DNA of 64,000 nt from an uncultured Eubacteriales bacterium (lineage in GTDB: Bacteria; Bacillota; Clostridia; Oscillospirales; Acutalibacteraceae): the NCBI GenBank assembly GCA_900318495.1, contig ONLA01000025.1:1971-65970 (forward strand), given 5' to 3'. Every line of letters starts with the position of its first letter. The stretch's first letter is position 1. A program made the translations under genes and the position numbers. A model generated the notes under the pieces. The model saw nothing but the letters and a program-made list of their open reading frames with translations. It had not been told where the DNA came from and did not search any database. This document shows positions 37,226 through 47,773 of this stretch, piece after piece.

Positions 37226-40200
37226 TCAAAGCCTGAACAAATTCTTAAGCACGTCTATTGAAGCTTTGCCGTGCGGACATTTTATGCTCAAATATGGCTT
37301 TGTGCCTGCATTGAGGGAAGCTTTTCCGTTAAGCGCGATAAGAAGGTCGGCGACCGCCGGGGATTTAAGTTCCTTAACAAAAAGGTTTACCACGGAATCT
37401 GTCTGTCGGATTTCGTAAATTCCCATAGCGTGCGCCTTGTTGCGTATCAGCGCTACGTCAATCAGACCCTGAACCGAAGGAGGTATTTTGCCGAAGCGGT
37501 CAACAAGCTCGTCTTGTGTGTCAGCGGCGTCCTCCGCGCTGCGGATGTCTGCGATGCGCCGGTAAACGTCCAGCCGCAGCGTAAGGCTTTCAACATAGCT
37601 TTCGGGAATGTGGGCGTCAACGTTAAGGTCAATCAGACAGTCAAGGTCGGCGCTTTGGGCTTCAACTCCCTTTTCCTCGTTGACTGCCTCGCCGAGCAGC
37701 TTAAGGTACATATCGTAGCCGACGCTTTCCATATGACCGTGCTGCTGCGCGCCCATAATGTTGCCCGCGCCGCGCAGCTCCAAATCACGCATCGCGATTT
37801 TAAATCCGCTTCCGAATTCAGTGTATTCCCTGATTGCCGAAAGGCGTTTTTGCTGTATTTCGGTCAAAACCTTCTGACGCCGGAAGGTGAAGTAAGCGTA
37901 AGCCCTGCGCGCGCTTCTGCCGACGCGTCCGCGAAGCTGATGAAGCTGCGAAAGTCCCATACAGTCGGCGTTTTCAATTATAAGCGTGTTGGCGTTCGGA
38001 AGGTCAACTCCGGTTTCGATTATCGTTGTGCACACCAAAACGTCAACCTCCTGGTCGAGCATTTGACGCCAAACCTCGCTTAACTCCTGCTCCTTCATTT
38101 TGCCGTGGCCAATCGCTATTCTTGCTTCGGGCACGGCTTCCAAAATTCTGTTGGCGCAGGAGGATATTGTTTCAACGTTGTTGTGCAGGTAAAAAACCTG
38201 ACCTCCGCGTCTCAGCTCGCGCCGTATTGCTTCATTGATAACAGCCGGGTCGTGTTCCAAAACATAGGTTTGAACAGGCTGGCGGTTCAGCGGCGCTTCC
38301 TCGATTACGCTCATGTCGCGCAGTCCGCTCATTGCCATATTCAGGGTTCGCGGAATCGGCGTAGCGGAAAGCGTCAGAACGTCAACGTTCTTTACAAGCT
38401 CCTTGAAGCGTTCCTTTTGCTGAACGCCGAAGCGCTGTTCCTCGTCGATAATTGCCAGTCCCAAATCGCGGAAAACAACATCCTTTTGCACAAGCCGGTG
38501 CGTGCCGACAATCATATCAACTTCGCCGCGCTTCAGTCTTTCAAGAATCTCCTTTTGCTGTTTTGCGGTGCGGAACCGCGACAGCAGTTCAACCCTTATC
38601 GGGTAGCCCTCAAAGCGCTTGGTTACGGTTTGATAATGCTGCCACGCTAAAATGGTGGTGGGACACAGCAGCGCGCACTGCTTTGAATCGGCAACGCATT
38701 TAAAGGCGGCTCTCAGCGCGACCTCGGTTTTTCCGAAGCCCACGTCGCCGCACAGCAGTCTGTCCATCGGCGAGGTTTTTTCCATATCGCGTTTGATTTG
38801 GGCGGCGCATTCGAGCTGATCCGGGGTTTCCTCATACTCAAAGCTTGCCTCAAAATCGCGCTGCCATTCATTATCGCGCGAAAAAGCGTAGCCCTTTGCC
38901 TTCATTCGCGCGGAATACAGCGCGATAAGCTCCTTGGCAATGTCCTTTACCGATGATTTTACCCTTGCCTTTGCCTTTTGCCAATCCTGCGAGCCGAGAC
39001 GGTTCAGCTTAACCCTGCCGCTGTCTCCGGAGCCGATGTACTTTGCCACCATATCAAGCTGGGTTACGGGAACATAAAGCACGTCTCCCTTGGCATAGTC
39101 AATTTTAATATAGTCCTTTGTGATTCCGTGGGTGTCAATCTTGCGTATTCCGCTGAAAACGCCTATTCCGTGAACGTTGTGAACCACATAATCGCCCGCG
39201 CTCAGCTCCGAAAGGCTGTAAATCTCCTGACCTTCCTTTTTGGCTTTGCGTTTTTTCGGCTGAGCACGGTAAGCGTTCTGTCCGTAGGTAATCAGAAAGA
39301 ATTTATCTCCCGGGCTTTCAAAGCCTGCGCTGAGCGCGCCCGGGCTGACATAAACCCTGCCCTTTGCGAGAGCTTTGGGGTTGTCGGCCAATTCAGCGTC
39401 GTAACCGTCGTTTTTAAGGCTTTCGTATAAATTGTTAGCCGCGCGCTGAGTGCCGACAAGCACAATTCCGCGGCTTTGCCCGGACACAAGCCCCTTTAAA
39501 TCTTCGGTTAGCTGGTTGTAGGAACCGTTCCACTGCGCAAGCTGCTTGAAGGTAAAGCTATAGGTTTCGCTCAGCGGAAGCTCGGTGCTTCCGTGCACAA
39601 AGCCCTCAAGCACCGTAACTCCGTGCGCGGCAAAAAGCTGTGAGCACTCGTTCCACGTAAGCGTAAAACGGTCAAAGCCCCGCGCGAGCACGCCGTCGGA
39701 AAAGCTCTGACGCAAAAGCTCGCCCGACTGAAAATCCATAGCCTTTCCACGGTCTCGGATGTTATTGTATTCGGAAAGAAAAAACAGCGAATCGCGGTCA
39801 AAATAGTCAAAAAGAGATTCGGGCTTTCCGTATATCTGGTTAATAAACTTATCGGCGTTCGCAAGCGTGATTCCGCTTCTAATTTGTTCGGCTTCGCTGT
39901 ACAGCTTTTCGCGCGCCTTTGCCGCCGCCTTTCCGCGCAAAAGCCCTGCCTCGTGAATAATTTTGTCCGCGAGCGCTTCCTTGTCCTCTATAATTATTTC
40001 GGTTGACGGAGTAAGGCTGATTTCGCCCGCTTTTTTAAATCTTCGCTGGGTTTCTGTATCAAAGTAACTGAGGTCGGTTACTTCATCGCCCCAAAATTCC
40101 GCGCGTACGGGATATTCCGCGTCGGGCATAAAAAAGTCAAGTATTCCGCCGCGCAGTGAAAACTGTCCGCTTCCCTCAACCGCGTCGAAGCGTTCGTAGC

Positions 40201-40681
40201 CGAGCAGCGTCAGCGCGCGGACTGCTTTTTCAACGGGAACCTCTCTGCCTTCCTTTAAAAACAAAATGGAGTTTAAAAGCACGTTTCGCGGTACGGTGAG
40301 CTGGCTTGCGGCGTCAAGACAGGCAATAACAACGTCGCAGCTATAATCCGCAACCTTTAAAAGCACCTTAAGCCGTTCGTGCTCATATTCGCGCGAACGG
40401 CTTTGAAAATCCATAAAATTGTAGTCCCTCACAGGGTAAACGAGGGCGTTTAATCCCATACAGCACAAGTCGTTGCACAGCGTTTGCGCCTCGCGTTCAT
40501 CAGACGCTATGCAAAGCGCCGGCTCTTCTCTGCTTTCGCAAAGGGAAAAAATCAGGCTTGCCTTCGTGACAGCCGAAATGCCTGAAACGCACAGTGAACG
40601 TCCGCGTTTAATGTTTTTGTCAAGCGAGGCAAACACGGTGTTTTTCCGCATTGCCTCTTTTAAAAAGTTCATCTTTTTCAT
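37226..40681 (-). CDS. mfd: Transcription-repair coupling factor
   Basis: UvrB-like N-terminus, CarD/RID domain, GDVGFGKT, DEEQRFGV, QLRGRVGR, TRCF domain. Confidence 0.97.
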   Translation of the reverse strand: MKKMNFLKEAMRKNTVFASLDKNIKRGRSLCVSGISAVTKASLIFSLCESREEPALCIASDEREAQTLCNDLCCMGLNALVYPVRDYNFMDFQSRSREYEHERLKVLLKVADYSCDVVIACLDAASQLTVPRNVLLNSILFLKEGREVPVEKAVRALTLLGYERFDAVEGSGQFSLRGGILDFFMPDAEYPVRAEFWGDEVTDLSYFDTETQRRFKKAGEISLTPSTEIIIEDKEALADKIIHEAGLLRGKAAAKAREKLYSEAEQIRSGITLANADKFINQIYGKPESLFDYFDRDSLFFLSEYNNIRDRGKAMDFQSGELLRQSFSDGVLARGFDRFTLTWNECSQLFAAHGVTVLEGFVHGSTELPLSETYSFTFKQLAQWNGSYNQLTEDLKGLVSGQSRGIVLVGTQRAANNLYESLKNDGYDAELADNPKALAKGRVYVSPGALSAGFESPGDKFFLITYGQNAYRAQPKKRKAKKEGQEIYSLSELSAGDYVVHNVHGIGVFSGIRKIDTHGITKDYIKIDYAKGDVLYVPVTQLDMVAKYIGSGDSGRVKLNRLGSQDWQKAKARVKSSVKDIAKELIALYSARMKAKGYAFSRDNEWQRDFEASFEYEETPDQLECAAQIKRDMEKTSPMDRLLCGDVGFGKTEVALRAAFKCVADSKQCALLCPTTILAWQHYQTVTKRFEGYPIRVELLSRFRTAKQQKEILERLKRGEVDMIVGTHRLVQKDVVFRDLGLAIIDEEQRFGVQQKERFKELVKNVDVLTLSATPIPRTLNMAMSGLRDMSVIEEAPLNRQPVQTYVLEHDPAVINEAIRRELRRGGQVFYLHNNVETISSCANRILEAVPEARIAIGHGKMKEQELSEVWRQMLDQEVDVLVCTTIIETGVDLPNANTLIIENADCMGLSQLHQLRGRVGRSARRAYAYFTFRRQKVLTEIQQKRLSAIREYTEFGSGFKIAMRDLELRGAGNIMGAQQHGHMESVGYDMYLKLLGEAVNEEKGVEAQSADLDCLIDLNVDAHIPESYVESLTLRLDVYRRIADIRSAEDAADTQDELVDRFGKIPPSVQGLIDVALIRNKAHAMGIYEIRQTDSVVNLFVKELKSPAVADLLIALNGKASLNAGTKPYLSIKCPHGKASIDVLKNLFRL

Positions 40682-40682
40682 T

Positions 40683-41279
40683 TTAACCGTTATAAAGATT
40701 CATCGCCTTGTTTATGTCGCCCTTGATAATCAGTTCAGCGGCGCAGGCTGCGTTTTCAAATTTTTCTTCAAGAAGCTTTTTTTCGCTGTCGCTGAACTTT
40801 GACAGCACCCAGTCCGCCAAATCCCAGTTTGGGTTGGGCTTTGCGCCTATTCCTATTTTTATGCGCGGAAAGGTGTCCTTACCACTCAGGTAAATTATGC
40901 TTCTCATTCCCTTTTGACCGCCGTCGCTGCCCTTTGCGCGGATTCGTATTTTGCCGACGTCAAGCGAGATATCGTCGAAAATAATCAGAACATTTTCCGG
41001 CGGAAGCTTGTAAAAATTCATAGCCTCAACAACAGCCTGTCCGCTGTTGTTCATATAAGTGGCAGGCTTCATCAAAAGCACCTTTGAGCCGCCCATACTG
41101 CACTCGCCGGTAAAGCTCTTGAACTTTACGCGGTTAACGCGGCAGTTCTGCTTTTCGGCAATGTAATCAAGCGCGAGCCAGCCCGTGTTGTGGCGTGTGT
41201 TTTCATATTTTTTGTCGGGGTTTCCAAGTCCTGCTATAATGAATTCAACGGAACCTCCGTATTTTTTTTTACCAAACAT
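40683..41279 (-). CDS. pth: Peptidyl-tRNA hydrolase
   Basis: GLGNP..KY..TRHN.G, YMNNSG. Confidence 0.95.
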   Translation of the reverse strand: MFGKKKYGGSVEFIIAGLGNPDKKYENTRHNTGWLALDYIAEKQNCRVNRVKFKSFTGECSMGGSKVLLMKPATYMNNSGQAVVEAMNFYKLPPENVLIIFDDISLDVGKIRIRAKGSDGGQKGMRSIIYLSGKDTFPRIKIGIGAKPNPNWDLADWVLSKFSDSEKKLLEEKFENAACAAELIIKGDINKAMNLYNG

Positions 41280-41350
41280 TGTTTCTCCTGTAACGCAGAC
41301 AGGGCGGACTTGCCTGTTCCGGAAAGTCCGCCTTAAGTGTTTTTCTTAAA

Positions 41351-42310
41351 TCAGTTGAATGCCGGAGTGAACGGCTTGTCGTTGTAAATTCTCGCGATTG
41401 CTTCCGCAAAAATGGGAGCGGTGGGGAGGAAGGTGAACTTGTCAATCTTCTTTTCCTCTGGAACGGGGATTGTGTCAAGAAGAATAACTTCCTTGATTGC
41501 GCTGTTTTTAATTCTGTCAATAGCCGGGCCTGAAAGCACAGCGTGTGTAGCGCAGGCGTAAACCTCGGTCGCGCCGCCTCTTTCAACAATCGCGTTTGCC
41601 GCGTTGCAAAGCGTGCCGGCGGTGTCAATCATATCGTCAACAAGAATAACCTTTTTGCCCTTTGCGTCGCCGATTATGTTCATAACCTCGCAAACGTTTG
41701 CTTTAGGCCTGCGCTTGTCGATAATGGCAAGACCTGTGCCGATTTTGGAAGCGAAGTTTCTTGAACGTGTAACAGAGCCGAGGTCGGGCGAAACTACGAT
41801 AAAATCGTCAGCGTTTCCGCCGATTTTTTCCTTCATATGGTTAGCAAGGATTCCTGCTCCGTGAAGATGGTCAACGGGGATGTTAAAGAAGCCCTGAATC
41901 TGGTTTGCGTGCAAATCCATTGTCAGCACACGGTCAGCGCCCGCTGTTGTAATAATGTCGGCGCAAAGCTTTGCTGAAATCGGATCTCTCGCCTTAGCTT
42001 TTCTGTCCTGTCTGGCGTAACCGAAGTATGGCATAACAGCGGTGATTCTTGCCGCCGAAGCTCTCTTCATTGCGTCAATCATAATCAGAAGCTCCATCAG
42101 GTTGTCGTTTACGGGCGTGCAGGTGGACTGTACAATGAAGCACTCGCTGCCTCTTACAGACTCGTGCAGAGAAACGGCGATTTCACCGTCGGAAAATTGT
42201 GTGCAGTCGCATTTTCCGAGCGGAAGACCGAGACAGTCCGCAATTCCCTGAGCCACGTCAACGTTTGAGTTACCCGAGAAAATTTTGATGTCCTTACCGT
42301 GAAAATTCAT
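41351..42310 (-). CDS. prs: Ribose-phosphate pyrophosphokinase
   Basis: YARQDRK, DLHA.QIQGFF, VDDMIDTAGT. Confidence 0.97.
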   Translation of the reverse strand: MNFHGKDIKIFSGNSNVDVAQGIADCLGLPLGKCDCTQFSDGEIAVSLHESVRGSECFIVQSTCTPVNDNLMELLIMIDAMKRASAARITAVMPYFGYARQDRKAKARDPISAKLCADIITTAGADRVLTMDLHANQIQGFFNIPVDHLHGAGILANHMKEKIGGNADDFIVVSPDLGSVTRSRNFASKIGTGLAIIDKRRPKANVCEVMNIIGDAKGKKVILVDDMIDTAGTLCNAANAIVERGGATEVYACATHAVLSGPAIDRIKNSAIKEVILLDTIPVPEEKKIDKFTFLPTAPIFAEAIARIYNDKPFTPAFN

Positions 42311-42384
42311 GTGTGAACTCTCCTTTTCCTTAATATCCTCTTTTTGTATATGAAGTTGTTTATGTGAAAAATTAATTCGCGCAA

Positions 42385-43134
42385 TCAGCAGCAGTAGCCC
42401 TTTGCCTTTGCTATTTCGTTAAGCTCCTCAAGCTGAGCCGGGTCGTTCGCGCCCAGCACCGCGTCGCTGCATTCGGCGGTGTACGCGCCGACGGTTTTTC
42501 CGTCGGAAAGCAAAAGCTTGATTGTGTCGGGCAGGTAATATTCGCCCGCCTTGTTATTGTTCTGAATTCTGCCGAGCACGCTTAGCAAAAGCTGACAGTC
42601 AAACCAGTACGCGCCCGAATTAACCTCGTTAATTTTAAGGGTTTCAGCGTCGGCGTCCTTGTGCTCTGTTATTGCCTTAAGATTGCCGTTTCCATCGCGG
42701 ACAATTCTTCCGTAGCCTGCCGGGTCGTCAACCTTGGCGGATATAACAGTGGCGGCGCAGGAAGCCTCTGTATGCTGCTTAAGTGAATTTTTGATTGTTT
42801 CAGCCGACATAAACGGAGCGTCGCCGTTAAGAACAACAACGTTGCCGCTGTGCCTGCCGAGAAAATCCTTTGCCATCATAACGGCGTGACCTGTGCCCAG
42901 ACGTTCTGACTGATACACGCTTTCAACCTCAAAGTCAAGTGTTGAAAGATATTCCTCAATGCATTCCTTTTTGTAGCCCTTTACAACGCAGATGTCGTCG
43001 ATACCGGCGTTTTTAAGCGCGGACATAACCCACAAAAGCATGGGCTTTCCCAATACCTCGGAAAGAGTTTTCGGCTTGTCGGACTTCATGCGCTTGCCCT
43101 CGCCGCCCGCGAGGATAATGGCACAGTTGCTCAT
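42385..43134 (-). CDS. glmU: GlmU-like uridyltransferase, N-terminal domain only
   Basis: LAGGEGKRMKS..PK, LGTGHA, GYGRIVR, EYYL; no hexapeptide acetyltransferase domain. Confidence 0.85.
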   Translation of the reverse strand: MSNCAIILAGGEGKRMKSDKPKTLSEVLGKPMLLWVMSALKNAGIDDICVVKGYKKECIEEYLSTLDFEVESVYQSERLGTGHAVMMAKDFLGRHSGNVVVLNGDAPFMSAETIKNSLKQHTEASCAATVISAKVDDPAGYGRIVRDGNGNLKAITEHKDADAETLKINEVNSGAYWFDCQLLLSVLGRIQNNNKAGEYYLPDTIKLLLSDGKTVGAYTAECSDAVLGANDPAQLEELNEIAKAKGYCC

Positions 43135-43455
43135 AAAATGACCTCTTTTTCGCTTTGATAGCCGCCGCTGACAGCGCTTTTGCGCGGATTTTTCGCGGCG
43201 GTGTACATTAATATTAACACATAAAAAGTGCCGATTTCAAGTGAAAACGCCAAAAAAACCGCATTTATCGGCAATTTAAACGATTTATACAATATTCATA
43301 AAATTTGACTGTGTTTTTTATAAGAAAAAATTTCAAAAAAATATAGCTATTTTCGCCTTTATTTGGTATAATATCTTGTAGGCTTATATATGTTGGCAGA
43401 ATTTTACAGCAAGGTTTTGCCACAGCCATATATCAATTTTAGGAGGATTACCAAA

Positions 43456-45999
43456 ATGGCAAACAAATGGGTTTACCTTTTTTCGGAAGGTAATGCAAAC
43501 ATGCGTGAGCTTCTCGGCGGTAAGGGCGCTAACTTGGCAGAAATGACAAGCATGGGACTTCCTGTTCCGCAGGGCTTCACCATTACAACAGAAGCTTGTA
43601 CTCAGTACTATGAGGACGGCAGAAAAATCAACGACGAAATTATGGGTCAGATCAACGAGTACATCGTAAAGATGGAAGAGATCACCGGTAAAAAGTTCGG
43701 CGATAAGGAAAATCCGCTCCTCGTTTCTGTTCGTTCCGGCGCAAGAGCTTCTATGCCCGGTATGATGGATACAATCCTTAACCTCGGTCTTAACGAAACA
43801 GTTGTTAATACTATTGCCGAAATGTCAGGCAACCCCCGTTGGGCTTGGGACTGCTACAGAAGATTCATCCAGATGTATTCCGACGTAGTTATGGAAGTCG
43901 GTAAGAAATATTTTGAAGAGCTTATCGACGAAATGAAGGCTAAGAAGGGCGTTACTCAGGACGTTGACCTTGACGCTGACGACCTTAAGGAGCTTGCTAA
44001 CCAGTTTAAGGCTGAATATAAAGAAAAAATCGGCGCGGACTTCCCCGACGATCCCAAGGAGCAGCTCATGGGAGCTGTTATGGCTGTATTCCGTTCATGG
44101 GACAACCCCCGTGCGAACGTTTACCGCCGCGACAACGATATTCCGTATTCATGGGGTACCGCTGTTAACGTACAGTCAATGGCGTTCGGTAACATGGGCG
44201 ACGACTGCGGCACCGGCGTTGCGTTCACACGTGACCCCGCTACAGGCGAAAAGAAGCTCATGGGCGAATTCCTTACAAACGCTCAGGGCGAGGACGTTGT
44301 TGCAGGTGTTCGTACACCTATGCCTATCGCTCAGATGGCAGACAAGTTCCCCGAGGCTTTCGCTCAGTTTAAGGACGTTTGCGCCACACTTGAAAATCAC
44401 TACAGAGATATGCAGGATATGGAGTTCACCGTTGAGCACGGCAAGCTTTATATGCTCCAGACAAGAAACGGCAAGAGAACAGCTCAGGCTGCTCTTAAGA
44501 TTGCCTGCGACCTCGTTGACGAGGGTATGAGAACCGAGGAAGAGGCGGTTGCAATGATCGATCCCCGTAACCTCGACACACTTCTCCATCCCCAGTTTGA
44601 CACAGCTGCTCTTAAGGCTGCTACACCCATGGGCAAGGGTCTCGGCGCTTCTCCCGGTGCTGCCTGCGGTAAGATTGTGTTCACAGCCGAGGACGCCGAG
44701 GAATGGAACGCAAGAGGCGAGAAGGTTGTTCTCGTTCGTCTTGAAACCTCACCTGAAGACATCACAGGTATGAAGGCTTCACAGGGTATTCTTACCGTTC
44801 GCGGCGGTATGACATCTCACGCTGCCGTTGTTGCGCGTGGTATGGGTACTTGCTGTGTATCCGGCTGCGGCGACATCGCTATGGATGAAGAAAACAAGAA
44901 GTTCACACTCGCAGGAAAAGAATTCCACGAGGGCGACTATATTTCAATCGACGGTTCAACAGGTAACATCTACGACGGCGCTATCGCTACAAAGGATGCT
45001 GAAATCGCGGGCGAATTCGGCAGAATTATGGCTTGGGCTGACAAGTTCAGAACTCTTAAGGTTAGAACAAACGCCGACACACCCGCAGACGCCAAGAAGG
45101 CAAGAGAGCTCGGCGCGGAGGGTATCGGTCTTTGCCGTACAGAGCATATGTTCTTTGAAGAGGACAGAATTGCCGCGTTCCGCGAGATGATTTGCGCTGA
45201 CACGGTAGAGGAGAGAGAAGCTGCTCTTGACAAGATTCTTCCTTATCAGCAGAGCGACTTTAAGGCTCTTTATGAGGCTCTTGAAGGCTGCCCCGTAACA
45301 ATCCGTTTCCTCGATCCGCCGCTCCACGAGTTCGTTCCCACCGAGGAAGAGGACATCAAGAAGCTGGCTGACGCACAGGGCAAGAGCGTTGAAGACATTA
45401 AGGCTCTTATCCAGTCACTCCACGAGTTTAACCCGATGATGGGTCACCGCGGCTGCCGTCTGGCTGTAACATACCCCGAAATCGCAAAGATGCAGACAAA
45501 GGCTGTTATCCGCGCCGCTATCGAGGTTCAGAAGGCTCACGCTGACTGGAAGGTTAAGCCCGAAATTATGATTCCGCTCGTATGCGAAGTCAAAGAGCTT
45601 AAGTTCGTTAAGAAGGTAGTAGTTGAAACAGCTGACGCTGAAATCGCTGCTGCGGGCGTAGAGCTTGAGTACGAGGTTGGTACAATGATTGAAATCCCGA
45701 GAGCTGCTCTTACAGCTGACGAGATTGCTACAGAGGCTGACTTCTTCTGCTTCGGTACAAACGACCTTACACAGATGACCTTCGGCTTCTCACGTGACGA
45801 CGCCGGCAAGTTCCTCAACGCTTACTATGACACCAAGATTTTCGAGAACGATCCCTTCGCTAAGCTCGACCAGACAGGTGTTGGCAAGCTCATGGAAATG
45901 GCTATCAAGCTCGGCAAGCCCGTTAATCCCAAGCTCCACGTTGGTATCTGCGGCGAGCACGGCGGCGATCCCTCATCTGTATATATAAATAGTATATAG
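43456..45999 (+). CDS. ppdK: Pyruvate, phosphate dikinase, apparently 3'-truncated
   Basis: LGGKGANL, GGMTSHAAVVAR, GLCRTEHM, FGTNDLTQ, GICGEHGGDP; ends abruptly with VYINSI. Confidence 0.93.
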   Translation: MANKWVYLFSEGNANMRELLGGKGANLAEMTSMGLPVPQGFTITTEACTQYYEDGRKINDEIMGQINEYIVKMEEITGKKFGDKENPLLVSVRSGARASMPGMMDTILNLGLNETVVNTIAEMSGNPRWAWDCYRRFIQMYSDVVMEVGKKYFEELIDEMKAKKGVTQDVDLDADDLKELANQFKAEYKEKIGADFPDDPKEQLMGAVMAVFRSWDNPRANVYRRDNDIPYSWGTAVNVQSMAFGNMGDDCGTGVAFTRDPATGEKKLMGEFLTNAQGEDVVAGVRTPMPIAQMADKFPEAFAQFKDVCATLENHYRDMQDMEFTVEHGKLYMLQTRNGKRTAQAALKIACDLVDEGMRTEEEAVAMIDPRNLDTLLHPQFDTAALKAATPMGKGLGASPGAACGKIVFTAEDAEEWNARGEKVVLVRLETSPEDITGMKASQGILTVRGGMTSHAAVVARGMGTCCVSGCGDIAMDEENKKFTLAGKEFHEGDYISIDGSTGNIYDGAIATKDAEIAGEFGRIMAWADKFRTLKVRTNADTPADAKKARELGAEGIGLCRTEHMFFEEDRIAAFREMICADTVEEREAALDKILPYQQSDFKALYEALEGCPVTIRFLDPPLHEFVPTEEEDIKKLADAQGKSVEDIKALIQSLHEFNPMMGHRGCRLAVTYPEIAKMQTKAVIRAAIEVQKAHADWKVKPEIMIPLVCEVKELKFVKKVVVETADAEIAAAGVELEYEVGTMIEIPRAALTADEIATEADFFCFGTNDLTQMTFGFSRDDAGKFLNAYYDTKIFENDPFAKLDQTGVGKLMEMAIKLGKPVNPKLHVGICGEHGGDPSSVYINSI

Positions 46000-46010
46000 T
46001 TAAATTATAA

Positions 46011-46046
46011 AACGCTCCGCCTATCCGTTTGGACAGGCGGAGCGTT
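46011..46046 (+). terminator. Terminator after ppdK
   Basis: AACGCTCCGCCT...AGGCGGAGCGTT stem. Confidence 0.65.
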
Positions 46047-46069
46047 GTTAATGAAAGGAATATAAAAAA

Positions 46070-46435
46070 ATGAAACTTCAACTTTTAAGTCAACAGTTTA
46101 CCGTGTGCAAGCTTAAAAGCAAAAATGACGTGGATTTAAACGGCGGATTGCTTTTTTATGCCGTCACAGACGAGGAAATATCGCTGGTTTGCGAAACCGC
46201 GCTTACACCGTCAAATACGCTTGAACGCGAGGACGGCTGGCGCGGCTTTAGAATTACAGGCACGCTCGATTTTTCGCTAATCGGTATTTTATCAAAAATT
46301 TCAGCGATACTCGCGGACAACAAAATAGGTATATTTGTTGTGTCAACCTACAATACGGATTATGTTCTTGTAAAAGAGCAAAAGCTTGACAAAGCCGTTA
46401 AATCGCTGACCGAAAAGGGTTATGAATGGATATAA
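46070..46435 (+). CDS. ACT domain (CASTOR/ACT_7-like) protein
   Basis: TDEEISLVC, LDFSLIGILS, STYNTDYVLV. Confidence 0.85.
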   Translation: MKLQLLSQQFTVCKLKSKNDVDLNGGLLFYAVTDEEISLVCETALTPSNTLEREDGWRGFRITGTLDFSLIGILSKISAILADNKIGIFVVSTYNTDYVLVKEQKLDKAVKSLTEKGYEWI

Positions 46436-46447
46436 ACCAAAACAAGT

Positions 46448-47572
46448 TTATTCGCCGGTAACAGCGTTAAGAATATCGTTGCGCAGAGCTTCCAGGTCAC
46501 CTGTGTTGCAATCGGAACATTCCAGAATAATGTTATAACCGTTGCCGGTGCCGGTATAGTCATACGCGCAATACGGAATGTTCTTAATCATTATGGCTCC
46601 GTCGTGGCCGATGCCTCCCTTGTAGTTAAGGATAAAGCCGTAGCCGTAGCTTGAGCCGTTGTCTTCGGAATACTCGGTTATCATCTTTTTGTAGCTTTCT
46701 TCGCTTACAACCTTGCCGCTTTTAAGCCCCGTTAACCATTTGTCCATATCCGGACCTGTGCTGACAATATCTCCGGCGCCTGTAGCGACACCGGGAATAT
46801 CGGTGTAATCGAGCTTGCCCGACCATTTGGGTACGCCGTTTACATACTCGTCAGTCGAACCCGTGCCGGTCATATTAAGCGGCTCAAAAATATATTTGCG
46901 AAGAAGACCGCAGTATTTTTCGCCCGTTACCTCCTCGGCTACAGCGCTGAGCAAAATATAGTTTGAGTTTGAGTATTCATAGGCTGAGTCCGGTTCGAAG
47001 GTTAAGCTCTGTTTAAAAATCTCATCTCTGACCAATTTGCGGTTATCGTCATAATTCCCGGTCAGATTAACCTCGTTCAGGTTGCCGTGGTTAACAATAT
47101 CGGAAATTCCCGAGCGCATACTGAGCAGGTTGTGAAGCGTCAGCTTTTTGCCCTCCTTATATTCGGGAAAAAACTTGTCAAGGGTGTCGTCTGTGCTCAG
47201 CTTTCCTTCCTCGCACAGCTTCATTATTACAGCGGCGCAAAACTGCTTTGAAACCGAACCGACGGGCAGTGGAGTATCAATTGTGATTTTATCTCCGTTC
47301 ACATCTTCACCGCCGGAGTATTGATAAACTTTTTCGCCGAATTGAGTAATGTAAGCCGTGCCTTCACACTCGTTTTCTTTTATAACGGCGTCGAGCTTTG
47401 ACTTCATTTCGTCTGTAAAGGTTGTAGCCGGAGCTTCTGCAGCGGTTTCGGCGGTTGTGGTTTCCGCGGCTGTTGTTTTTGTGTCCGCCGATGACTGACT
47501 GCCGTTAGAACAGGAAGCCGCCGATACGGCGATTGTAAGAGCAATTAATATTGCCGGAATTTTCTTTATCAT
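46448..47572 (-). CDS. Serine hydrolase, beta-lactamase class C/PBP-like lipoprotein
   Basis: Lipobox AASC, SVSK (SxxK), YSN, GHDG. Confidence 0.85.
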   Translation of the reverse strand: MIKKIPAILIALTIAVSAASCSNGSQSSADTKTTAAETTTAETAAEAPATTFTDEMKSKLDAVIKENECEGTAYITQFGEKVYQYSGGEDVNGDKITIDTPLPVGSVSKQFCAAVIMKLCEEGKLSTDDTLDKFFPEYKEGKKLTLHNLLSMRSGISDIVNHGNLNEVNLTGNYDDNRKLVRDEIFKQSLTFEPDSAYEYSNSNYILLSAVAEEVTGEKYCGLLRKYIFEPLNMTGTGSTDEYVNGVPKWSGKLDYTDIPGVATGAGDIVSTGPDMDKWLTGLKSGKVVSEESYKKMITEYSEDNGSSYGYGFILNYKGGIGHDGAIMIKNIPYCAYDYTGTGNGYNIILECSDCNTGDLEALRNDILNAVTGE

Positions 47573-47674
47573 AGGTAATCCTCCTTTTGTTTTATGCGTA
47601 TATTATAATCTTTTAATCTAAAGTTTTTCTGAAGATTTTTAAAATTTTTTTAAAAAATTTAAAAAAGCGTGTTT

Positions 47675-47710
47675 TTTGTCATTGTTTTGTCACAGTCCGT
47701 ATGATATACT
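47675..47710 (+). promoter_or_regulatory. Promoter with TGTCA-N6-TGTCA direct repeat and extended -10
   Basis: TTTGTCATTGTTTTGTCACAGTCCGTATGATATACT. Confidence 0.65.
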
Positions 47711-47773
47711 ATAGTCACAGTCAAGGGAAAAACGACTGATAATAAAATCTTAATTAAAAAGGGGATAACAAAA

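Noticed and set aside
37271-38650. Long plus-strand ORFs (270 and 181 aa) and similar ones such as 60028-60873 and 54161-54769
   Set aside because: Antisense shadows of well-conserved genes (mfd, aroE, aroC) with no recognisable motifs.
46448-47572. Beta-lactam resistance gene
   Set aside because: SxxK/YxN serine hydrolases are widespread esterases and peptidases; the KTG position reads HDG and there is no mobile context.
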